A DNA stretch of 58,022 bases from Phycisphaerae bacterium (GTDB lineage: Bacteria > Planctomycetota > Phycisphaerae > UBA1845): positions 1 through 58,022 of the forward strand of contig JAFGJQ010000296.1 of assembly GCA_016929015.1 (NCBI GenBank), written 5' to 3'. Numbering within the stretch: the first letter of the stretch is position 1; each line of letters starts with the position of its first letter. The translations under genes and the position numbers were made by a program. Shown here piece by piece: positions 51,301 to 58,022 of this stretch. The notes beneath the pieces are model-generated. The model was not told the DNA's origin. It did no database searches and was given only the letters and a program-made list of their open reading frames with translations.

Positions 51301-52428
51301 ATGGCGGCCGAAGAGCCAACCCGCAGCAAACGCCTCCAGCGAGGCATGATCGGCTTCGGGGCGGACTACTACCGTCTTCTCTTCGAGCACGCGGGCGTCG
51401 CCATGGTCGGCACGGACGCCCAGTACCGCATCAAATCCTGGAACCAGGTCACCTCTCGCATGTTCGGGGCCGCGGCCGGGCGCATGGTGGGAACGTCCCT
51501 GCTGGCGGTGATCCCGCAGGAGGGACGAGAAGACGCCGAACGGGCCCTGAAGGCGGCCATCGAGCAGGGAGTGACCAGCCAGTTCGAGTTTGTGCATCGT
51601 GACGAAAAGGGCGTGCGGCGCCAGTTGGCCGTCACGGTCTCGACCATTCCCGACCGCAAGGGAACCGGTGTCGGCGCGCTCGCCTGCTTTCGTGACATCA
51701 CCAACCGCGTGCAACTGGTGGAGCAACTGGCCCAATCCCGCAAAATGGCTTCCCTGGGCGAGATGGCCGGTGCCATGGCCCACCACTTCAACAACATTCT
51801 CGGCGGCATCGTCACCAGTGTGGACTTTGCCCTGGCCAGCACGGACCCGGAGGTGCAGCAGCGCGTCCTCCTGAAATCGGCCCAGGCCCTCGGCCGGGCC
51901 ACGCGACTGGTGGACGGCCTGCTGGCCTTCGCGGAGGGAGACCGGCGTCACGAGGACGTGGCCGACCTGACGGAAACGATCACGCAACTCGTCGACCGGA
52001 TGGAACCGGAGATGCGGGAGCGCGGCATGGAACTGCATTTTGACGCCCAGCCCATTCCACCGATCCCGGTGTACCGGAACCGCATCGACACCGTGCTGCT
52101 GAACCTGATCGACAACGCCATCCAGGCCATGAAGGGCGGCGACGTGCTGACGATCCGGCTGGGTTCCGTCGGCGAGAAGATCTGCCTGGAAGTCGAGGAC
52201 ACGGGCTGCGGAATGAGCGACGACGAGCTGTCCCGCATTTTTGAACCGTTCTACAGCCGGCCGCATACTCTCCGTGGCTCCCGGGACCGGGGCGAGGGGT
52301 TGGGATTGGCCGTCGTGCATGGGATCGTCCAGGACGCCGGCGGCTCGATTTCCGTCACCAGCCGGCTGGGCAAGGGTACCACCTTCACGATCTACCTTCC
52401 GGCAGTCGGCACAGTCACCCGCAGTTAG
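51301..52428 (+). CDS. Cytoplasmic PAS sensor histidine kinase (NtrB-like)
   Basis: PAS (WNQ...FRDIT), AHHFNN H-box, NLIDNA, DTGCG, FEPFYS, GLGL. Confidence 0.93.
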   Translation: MAAEEPTRSKRLQRGMIGFGADYYRLLFEHAGVAMVGTDAQYRIKSWNQVTSRMFGAAAGRMVGTSLLAVIPQEGREDAERALKAAIEQGVTSQFEFVHRDEKGVRRQLAVTVSTIPDRKGTGVGALACFRDITNRVQLVEQLAQSRKMASLGEMAGAMAHHFNNILGGIVTSVDFALASTDPEVQQRVLLKSAQALGRATRLVDGLLAFAEGDRRHEDVADLTETITQLVDRMEPEMRERGMELHFDAQPIPPIPVYRNRIDTVLLNLIDNAIQAMKGGDVLTIRLGSVGEKICLEVEDTGCGMSDDELSRIFEPFYSRPHTLRGSRDRGEGLGLAVVHGIVQDAGGSISVTSRLGKGTTFTIYLPAVGTVTRS

Positions 52429-52778
52429 GGATTCGAAGGCACGCTGCATTCGCCGTTCCGGCACCGCAACGTAAGTGCCGTCCCAGCAGCAACCTGGGGA
52501 TGGTCTGTAGCCGGAAACCCAGAGGACGGTATAATACGCTGGCGGTGGTACGGACGCCGCGGAGAGAGCATGACGGCTCACGAGTCCGCCTGGGCCCACT
52601 GCCCTGGAGGCCGGATCGGCGTCCTGCTAAAGACCCACGGAACGGTTGGCCGATCTTTCGGTAGGGTCGGGACTTGTCCCGGAACACGGGGTCGCTACGA
52701 ATGTCCAGCGTTCGGACGTGCGGAAGCGCTTCCCGCAACCCACCGGGGCATGGCCGTTTCGGCGACTGCGGCTGTTGT

Positions 52779-53657
52779 ATGCGTTTTCCCCTGAAACGAA
52801 GTTCGAATCGGAACCGTCGGCTCCTGGTGGGCGTGCTGCTCTGCGCGGCGGTTGGACTCCAGTGCCAGCAGGCGGGCCCGCGTGACACGTTGGCCGGCAT
52901 GGACGAAGTGCCCATCGAGATGGCCCAACTGGCGGGCGCGGCCGCGGACCCGGCCGACGAGATGGAACGCCTGGCCCGCGAGGATCCCCTGGCGTTCTTC
53001 CAGGCGTGTCGAGACCGCTACGACCGGGAGGTCCAGGACTACGACTGCACGTTCATCAAGCAGGAGCTCGTCGAGGGAAAGCTCACCGCCGAGCAGTGGA
53101 CGAGCGTCCGCTTCCGTGAAGAGCCGTACAGCGTCGACATGACCTGGACGCGGAACCCCATGCTCGTCTCCCGCGCCCTGTACGTGGAAGACAAGTGGTG
53201 GAACGGCGACACGCCCCAGGCGTGGGTCCGGCCGGCGGGGGCCCTGCTGAAGCTGGTCAAGCTCAAGCAACCCATTCGCGGAAAGGCGGCGGGCACGCAA
53301 TCCCGTCGAACGATCGATCAGTTCGGCTTCCGGAACTCGCTGGACCTGATCATCCATTACTCCGAGAAGGCGCAGAAAGAAGGAGTGCTGGACCTGGAGT
53401 ACATCGGTCAGGCCACCGTGGGCGAGCGTCCGACGTACGTGTTCGAGCGCCGGCTGCCGTACAACGGCGACGAAGAGATCTACCCGGACCGACTGCTCCG
53501 CGTGTTCGTGGACAAGGAGTGGCTGCTTCCCACCTGCTGCATCTCCTACGCCGATGACGACGGGAGCCAGTTGCTGGGCAAGTACGTCCTGGTCGACGTC
53601 AAGCTGAACCCGGGTTACACCGACGCCGACTTCGATCCGGAAGTGATCGGTTTTTAG
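52779..53657 (+). CDS. DUF1571-like exported protein
   Basis: DYDCTFIKQE, FREEPYSVDMTW, SRRTIDQFG, DKEWLLP, NPGYTDADFDP; lipobox-like GLQC. Confidence 0.75.
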   Translation: MRFPLKRSSNRNRRLLVGVLLCAAVGLQCQQAGPRDTLAGMDEVPIEMAQLAGAAADPADEMERLAREDPLAFFQACRDRYDREVQDYDCTFIKQELVEGKLTAEQWTSVRFREEPYSVDMTWTRNPMLVSRALYVEDKWWNGDTPQAWVRPAGALLKLVKLKQPIRGKAAGTQSRRTIDQFGFRNSLDLIIHYSEKAQKEGVLDLEYIGQATVGERPTYVFERRLPYNGDEEIYPDRLLRVFVDKEWLLPTCCISYADDDGSQLLGKYVLVDVKLNPGYTDADFDPEVIGF

Positions 53658-53708
53658 GCACGCCTGCACGGCCGGAACCACGCGGGGTGGCGGGCGCCGC
53701 GCATTCTC

Positions 53709-53737
53709 TTGACGGGGTTCCACCGCCCACCTATCCT
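53709..53737 (+). promoter_or_regulatory. Putative sigma70-type promoter (very short leader)
   Basis: TTGACG-17-TATCCT, 10 nt before ATG 53748. Confidence 0.5.
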
Positions 53738-53747
53738 TTGCCCCTCA

Positions 53748-54806
53748 ATGGCAGCGGACGACCAGAAAGAAATCAACCTCGTTACGGGCGCGACCGGGCT
53801 GCTCGGCAGCCACATCGCCGAGCAGTTGCGTAAGCGCGGCAGGGCCGTGCGCGCCCTGGTCCGGCCGGGCAGCGACATCCAGTTCCTCAGTTCGATCGGC
53901 GTGGACCTGATGACCGGCGACATGACGGACCGCACCTCGCTCGATCGGGCGTGTCGCGGCGCGGCCACGGTGTATCACTCCGCCGCGAAGGTCGGGGACT
54001 GGGGCCCCTGGGAAGCCTTCCAGAAGATCACGATCGAAGGCACGGACCACCTGGTCAAGGCCGCCGTCGCCGCCAAGGTCAAGCGGTTCATCCACATCAG
54101 CTCCATCAGCGCGTACGGGCACGTCGACGGCAAGGGACTGGTCCTCGATGAAACGGCGCCGCTGGGGCAGAGCCTGTATCGCTGGGCCTACTACAGCCGC
54201 TCCAAGGTGGAGGCCGAACGGCTGGTTTGGGAGACGCACAAGGCGGGCAAGCTCAAGGCGACGGTGATTCGCCCAAGTTGGCTCTACGGCGAGCGGGACC
54301 GAACCACGATGGGGCGGCTGATCGCCTCCATCCGGTCGGGCAAGATCAAGCTGCTGGGCAAGGGTGACAACCGGCTGAGCCTGTCCCACGCGGCGAACGT
54401 GGCGGAGGCGTGCATCCTCGCCGCCGATTCAGACAAAGCCGTGGGCGAGGCGTACAACTGCAGCAACGACGGCGATATCACGCAGAAGCAGTACTTTGAC
54501 CTGATCGCCAAAACGCTGAACCAGCCGCCGATCCAGAAGAGCGTGCCGTACCCGGTGGCCCGGTTCGCGGCGTTCTGTCTGGAGTGCGTCGGACACCTGT
54601 TCAAGCTGACCAAGCCGCCGCTGGTCACACGGTACTCGGCCTGGCTGATGGGCCGGCATTCGTTCTTCGAGAACAGGAAGATCCGCGAGCATCTGGGCTG
54701 GTCACCGACGATCCCTTACGAAGAGGGCATTCCCGCCGCGGTCCGGCACTACCTCGACGAGCATCAAACCATCTCCCGCCGCCAACCGGCGGCGCCCAAG
54801 CCCTGA
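53748..54806 (+). CDS. Extended SDR, 3-beta-HSD / NAD-dependent epimerase-like
   Basis: TGATGLLG, HSAAKV, YSRSK, IRPSWLYG. Confidence 0.88.
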   Translation: MAADDQKEINLVTGATGLLGSHIAEQLRKRGRAVRALVRPGSDIQFLSSIGVDLMTGDMTDRTSLDRACRGAATVYHSAAKVGDWGPWEAFQKITIEGTDHLVKAAVAAKVKRFIHISSISAYGHVDGKGLVLDETAPLGQSLYRWAYYSRSKVEAERLVWETHKAGKLKATVIRPSWLYGERDRTTMGRLIASIRSGKIKLLGKGDNRLSLSHAANVAEACILAADSDKAVGEAYNCSNDGDITQKQYFDLIAKTLNQPPIQKSVPYPVARFAAFCLECVGHLFKLTKPPLVTRYSAWLMGRHSFFENRKIREHLGWSPTIPYEEGIPAAVRHYLDEHQTISRRQPAAPKP

Positions 54807-54815
54807 CAGCTCAGG

Positions 54816-54870
54816 CTGTAAACTGTGGACTGTAGGTCGCCGCAGGCGACTCGCCGTGGCGAGCTGTGGG
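54816..54870 (+). repeat. CTGTRGG 7-mer array with element B inserted
   Basis: ctgtaaa ctgtgga ctgtagg|tcgccgcaggcgactcgccgtggcgag|ctgtggg. Confidence 0.85.
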
Positions 54871-54886
54871 AGGATCACGATAGGCG

Positions 54887-56260
54887 TCAGCCCGTCGCGC
54901 CGGCGCCGTTCGGAGGCGCGGCGGGCGGGGACGGCGCGGACGGGGCCCGGTGAAAGTCCCGGTCGGCCCAGGCCTTGCGAACGCGGTTCACATAGCGCTG
55001 CAGCGTCGACCGATCCTCATCCGGAACGGAAGCCTCGCGCTCGAGCATCCGGATGTGATCCACGTACTTCGCGCAGTCGGTGTCACGCCCGAGGCGGATG
55101 GCGATCGCCACCAACTGGTAAATCGCCCGGTACACCTGTACGCCGGCCACGTACCGAAACGCCAGCTTCAACAGATCGAAGGCCGTCGAGTACGGGTCCT
55201 CGCCCTCTGGCGCCGGAAGGTCCATCGTCTCGCGAATCTGAGCGATCCGCAGTTCGTAATTCGCCATGCGCACCAGCTCCACCGCATATTCGCGGTTGTT
55301 CGCGTCCCAAAGCGCGCGCGACGATTCGATGGCCAGCTTGTAGGAGCAAACGGCGTCCTGGGGCGTGCGCTTCTCGCTGAAGTAGCCGGACGAAAGGCCG
55401 ACCGCCAGCTTGCGCCTCTCGTCCGCCAGCGCCATCACGGCCTCCCGGACCGGCGGCGCGAACGGATGCGTCCGGCTCTTCTCATTTCCCGGATGAATGA
55501 AGTATTCCGCGTTGTTCGAGGAGAAGAAGCAGTCCGGACAGGTCATCACGTTCAACAAGTGAAAATTCACGAAATCAGCCCCGGGGATGGCCGAAACATA
55601 GACGGGAATGTCAAAGAAGCTGAGGTCCGTGATGACCTTGTTCGTCCGCAGAGTATAGCCGGGGAATACGCTCGGCTGGGCGTGAAACGCGCAGGCCGTA
55701 TCCGCCTCCAGCAACGACCGATTGCCCGCCACCGGTCGGGGGCGTCGGCGTCCGCCGGCTGCGGCGGGCAACGCTTCTCGCACTCCGGCCTTCGTCGGCC
55801 GTGCGGCATCCGCCGTCGCTGCCGCGCTCGGCGGCTCCGCGTGTTTCCGAGCGGCGCGGGCCTTGCCAACGGCCTCCATCACCTTGGGGACCAGCGTCTC
55901 GCGTGTGAAGGGCCTGATTACGATGGCGCGAACGCCGGCCCGCGCATAATCCGCCAGCCGGGCCTTGTCGCACGTCGCAGGGCACAACAGCAGCACCTCC
56001 AGCGGCGCCGCCCCGCTGCGCGGTTCCAGCCCACGGATCCAGTTCAACGTGTCGACCCGCGGCAGGTCCATGTCGAGCAACAGCACGTCCGGCCGAACCT
56101 GTTCGATGAACGGTGCAAGCCCGTATCGCCGATCGTAGGACACGATCTCAATGTCCGCTTCCGACCGCAGCAGCGCCGCGGCCGTTTCCGTATCCTCTTC
56201 TCCGCCGGCAATCACGACGCGCCCGGGCGCGCCGGCCCACGAACCTCCGTTTTGACCCAT
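54887..56260 (-). CDS. Atypical receiver domain fused to a DUF2225-like Zn/helical domain
   Basis: PDVLLLDMDLP ... IRPF; CAFH...DIPVY...VMTCPDCFFS followed by TPR-like helices. Confidence 0.7.
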   Translation of the reverse strand: MGQNGGSWAGAPGRVVIAGGEEDTETAAALLRSEADIEIVSYDRRYGLAPFIEQVRPDVLLLDMDLPRVDTLNWIRGLEPRSGAAPLEVLLLCPATCDKARLADYARAGVRAIVIRPFTRETLVPKVMEAVGKARAARKHAEPPSAAATADAARPTKAGVREALPAAAGGRRRPRPVAGNRSLLEADTACAFHAQPSVFPGYTLRTNKVITDLSFFDIPVYVSAIPGADFVNFHLLNVMTCPDCFFSSNNAEYFIHPGNEKSRTHPFAPPVREAVMALADERRKLAVGLSSGYFSEKRTPQDAVCSYKLAIESSRALWDANNREYAVELVRMANYELRIAQIRETMDLPAPEGEDPYSTAFDLLKLAFRYVAGVQVYRAIYQLVAIAIRLGRDTDCAKYVDHIRMLEREASVPDEDRSTLQRYVNRVRKAWADRDFHRAPSAPSPPAAPPNGAGATG

Positions 56261-56511
56261 ATCGCTTGTACGTCCCCGATAAAACCGCCACAGACAGCCA
56301 TACAGTCACGGCCGGCCATTCTACGGCGCTGTGGCCGGGGGCGCCTACCGCCGGCCGCACGCTACGGCGTGGGGTCTGCCAGACTCGCGACCACACCCTG
56401 CTTCCCGACCCCACCCCGCCGCCGCATTTCGCACCGACCGCGTGATCGGCGCCGATTCGTCCGCGACGGAACGGAATCCGACCGCCTCCACGCCGGGATC
56501 GGCCCCCGGAC

Positions 56512-56550
56512 TTGACACGCCGGGATCTGTCGACTATATTTATAGTCGAC
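56512..56550 (+). promoter_or_regulatory. Promoter with an overlapping BlaI-type operator palindrome
   Basis: TTGACA(56512)-17-TATATT(56535); GTCGACTATA-TT-TATAGTCGAC at 56529-56550. Confidence 0.8.
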
Positions 56551-56604
56551 GTTGACCATCATCGACATACGCCGGGGCGGAAACGCCCCTTCGGAACCCG
56601 CCGA

Positions 56605-57021
56605 ATGGCCCGAAACCCGAAGAAACGCGACGCTCGCCGACCGGCCCTCAGCCCGCTGGAGCTTGAGGTCATGGACGTGGTCTGGAGTTTGGGTGAGTGT
56701 ACCTCGGCCCAGGTCACGGAGGCGTTCCAGCAGAAGAGAACACTCGCCCCGACCACCATCCGCACCGTGCTGACCAGCCTGCGCAAAAAGGGCTACGTCC
56801 GCCCGGTGCCCACCATCGAACGCCGGTTCCGCTTGCGTCCGGTGGTGCCGCGAGAGGTCGTGGCGCGACGGTCGCTTCGTGAACTGCTTGCCTCGCTTTT
56901 CGGCAACACACCCCGGAAAGCCATCGTCTGCCTGCTCGACGACCCGAACCTCACCGAGCAGGAACTCGACGAAATCCACCGCCTCATCGACGCACGCAAG
57001 CGAAAAGGACACCAGCCATGA
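56605..57021 (+). CDS. BlaI/MecI/CopY family repressor
   Basis: LSPLELEVMDVVW, TTIRTVLTSLRKKGYV, LFG, ELDEI. Confidence 0.92.
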   Translation: MARNPKKRDARRPALSPLELEVMDVVWSLGECTSAQVTEAFQQKRTLAPTTIRTVLTSLRKKGYVRPVPTIERRFRLRPVVPREVVARRSLRELLASLFGNTPRKAIVCLLDDPNLTEQELDEIHRLIDARKRKGHQP

Positions 57022-58022
57022 CTCTGCCCCTGCCCGACCCCGCCCTCGCCGCCGGCCCGATGCTCTCCCGCTTGCTCGCATCCAGCGTGGAACTGGCGCT
57101 GCTGGCCATCCTGATGGGCCTCCTGATCCCGGTCGCCCGCATCCGATCGCCGCGCGTCGTCTGCCTGCTCTGGCTGATCGTGCTGCTCAAGCCGGTGCTG
57201 TCGCTTTCCTTCGGCAGCCCCCTGACCGTCGTCCGCCTGGAACCGGCCACAGCCGATACACGCGATTCGATGACCACATCCGCCGAACCCCTCTCGATGC
57301 AAGGCGATGCGCCACCGGCGGAGTGGTTCGCGGCGCCGCTACGATACGCAGCCACGGGTTCCGAGGCCCTCGCCGCGCCCCCGCCCAGCACACCGGCCCT
57401 GGCACCGCCTGTCGCCATCGTCACGAAGGCCGACCCGGCGTTCGCCGAGAACGAGCCGCTCCCGGCGGTCAGCGTGCTGCCCTGGATTTGGCTGGCGGGC
57501 GTGCTGGTCATGCTGATCGACTACATCGCCGGCAGACTGTGCCTGCGCGGAATCCTTCAGACCGCCCAGCCGGCGCCGGCGAAGCTGGCCGATCACTATG
57601 GCCGCATCGCCGCCCGGCTGGGCCTGCGTCAACCGCCGCAGCTTCTCATCACCGACGCGCTTGATTCTCCCGCCACCGCGGGCCTGTTGCGGCCGGCGGT
57701 GCTGCTGCCGACGTGGATGATGCACCAGGATGACGGCCCATCCATCGAGTGGTCGCTCCGGCACGAACTGACCCACTGGCGCTGGTTCGATCCGTGGCTC
57801 GTATTGGTCCGTGACGCGGTGCGCGCGGTGTTCTGGTTCCATCCGGCGGCCTGGTGGTCGGCCCGCCGTTTGACCGAATCGATGGAATTGGCGTGCGACC
57901 GGGCCGTCCTGCGCGACCCTCGCGAGGCGACGGATTACGCCGAACGTCTGCTGGCCATCCTTCAGCACGTGCGGTGTCGACGGGCCACCGCCATCTCCGG
58001 CGGGCTCTTCGCCACTCGCACC
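57018..58022 (+). CDS. BlaR1-like peptidase M56 (truncated by window end)
   Basis: ATGA overlap with blaI; LWLIVLLKP, IWLAG, SPATAGLLRP, HELTH at 57762, FWFHP, ELACD. Confidence 0.92.
   Translation, partial: MTLPLPDPALAAGPMLSRLLASSVELALLAILMGLLIPVARIRSPRVVCLLWLIVLLKPVLSLSFGSPLTVVRLEPATADTRDSMTTSAEPLSMQGDAPPAEWFAAPLRYAATGSEALAAPPPSTPALAPPVAIVTKADPAFAENEPLPAVSVLPWIWLAGVLVMLIDYIAGRLCLRGILQTAQPAPAKLADHYGRIAARLGLRQPPQLLITDALDSPATAGLLRPAVLLPTWMMHQDDGPSIEWSLRHELTHWRWFDPWLVLVRDAVRAVFWFHPAAWWSARRLTESMELACDRAVLRDPREATDYAERLLAILQHVRCRRATAISGGLFATRT

Noticed and set aside
52425-52500. tmRNA-like (GGATTCGA) and SAM-I-like (CAGCAACC) words
   Set aside because: Isolated words only; no tRNA-like domain, tag frame or SAM-I core.
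52538-52597. ZMP/ZTP riboswitch resemblance (CTGGCGG ... CCGCCTGGGC)
   Set aside because: It lacks the GAC before TGGCGG, the GTGG/CCAC P2 stem and the GCCG start of P3, and the downstream gene is not one-carbon or purine related.
1-58022. Prophage, IS transposase, integrase, rRNA/tRNA or anti-phage defence operon
   Set aside because: None recognisable in the sequence or ORF track, apart from the small TA pair.

Overview
This is a 58-kb, high-GC chromosomal segment. It most likely comes from a Phycisphaerae planctomycete, inferred from the DUF1559-type prepilin, DUF1571, dockerin-like repeats and CxxCGYxLxGxxSGxCPECG proteins. In order it holds: a five-gene catabolic operon (HpcH aldolase, Gfo/Idh/MocA, SDR, ALDH, DSD1-family PLP enzyme); two Zn-ribbon membrane proteins; kbl and tdh; an ABC/VTT/LolA-like block; a GT3 glycogen synthase; a DUF4258/DUF2283 toxin-antitoxin pair; clpS and pdxJ; an exopolysaccharide/exosortase operon; a fumarase alpha subunit; a cell-surface carbohydrate cluster; sucC; a PAS kinase; REC-DUF2225; and BlaI/BlaR1. 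Three things stand out. (1) At 39.4-48.4 kb, one ~200-aa domain I cannot assign to a named family recurs in four secreted proteins: two clan GH-A hydrolases, where it splits a dockerin-like pair, a PEP-CTERM protein and a dockerin-tailed protein. These genes flank a prepilin gene. (2) A 27-bp palindromic mini-element is inserted precisely inside other repeats at four loci, nested up to three levels deep. (3) A putative orphan ~190-nt sRNA lies at 13.26-13.45 kb. All family calls come from motif recognition by eye; no searches were run.
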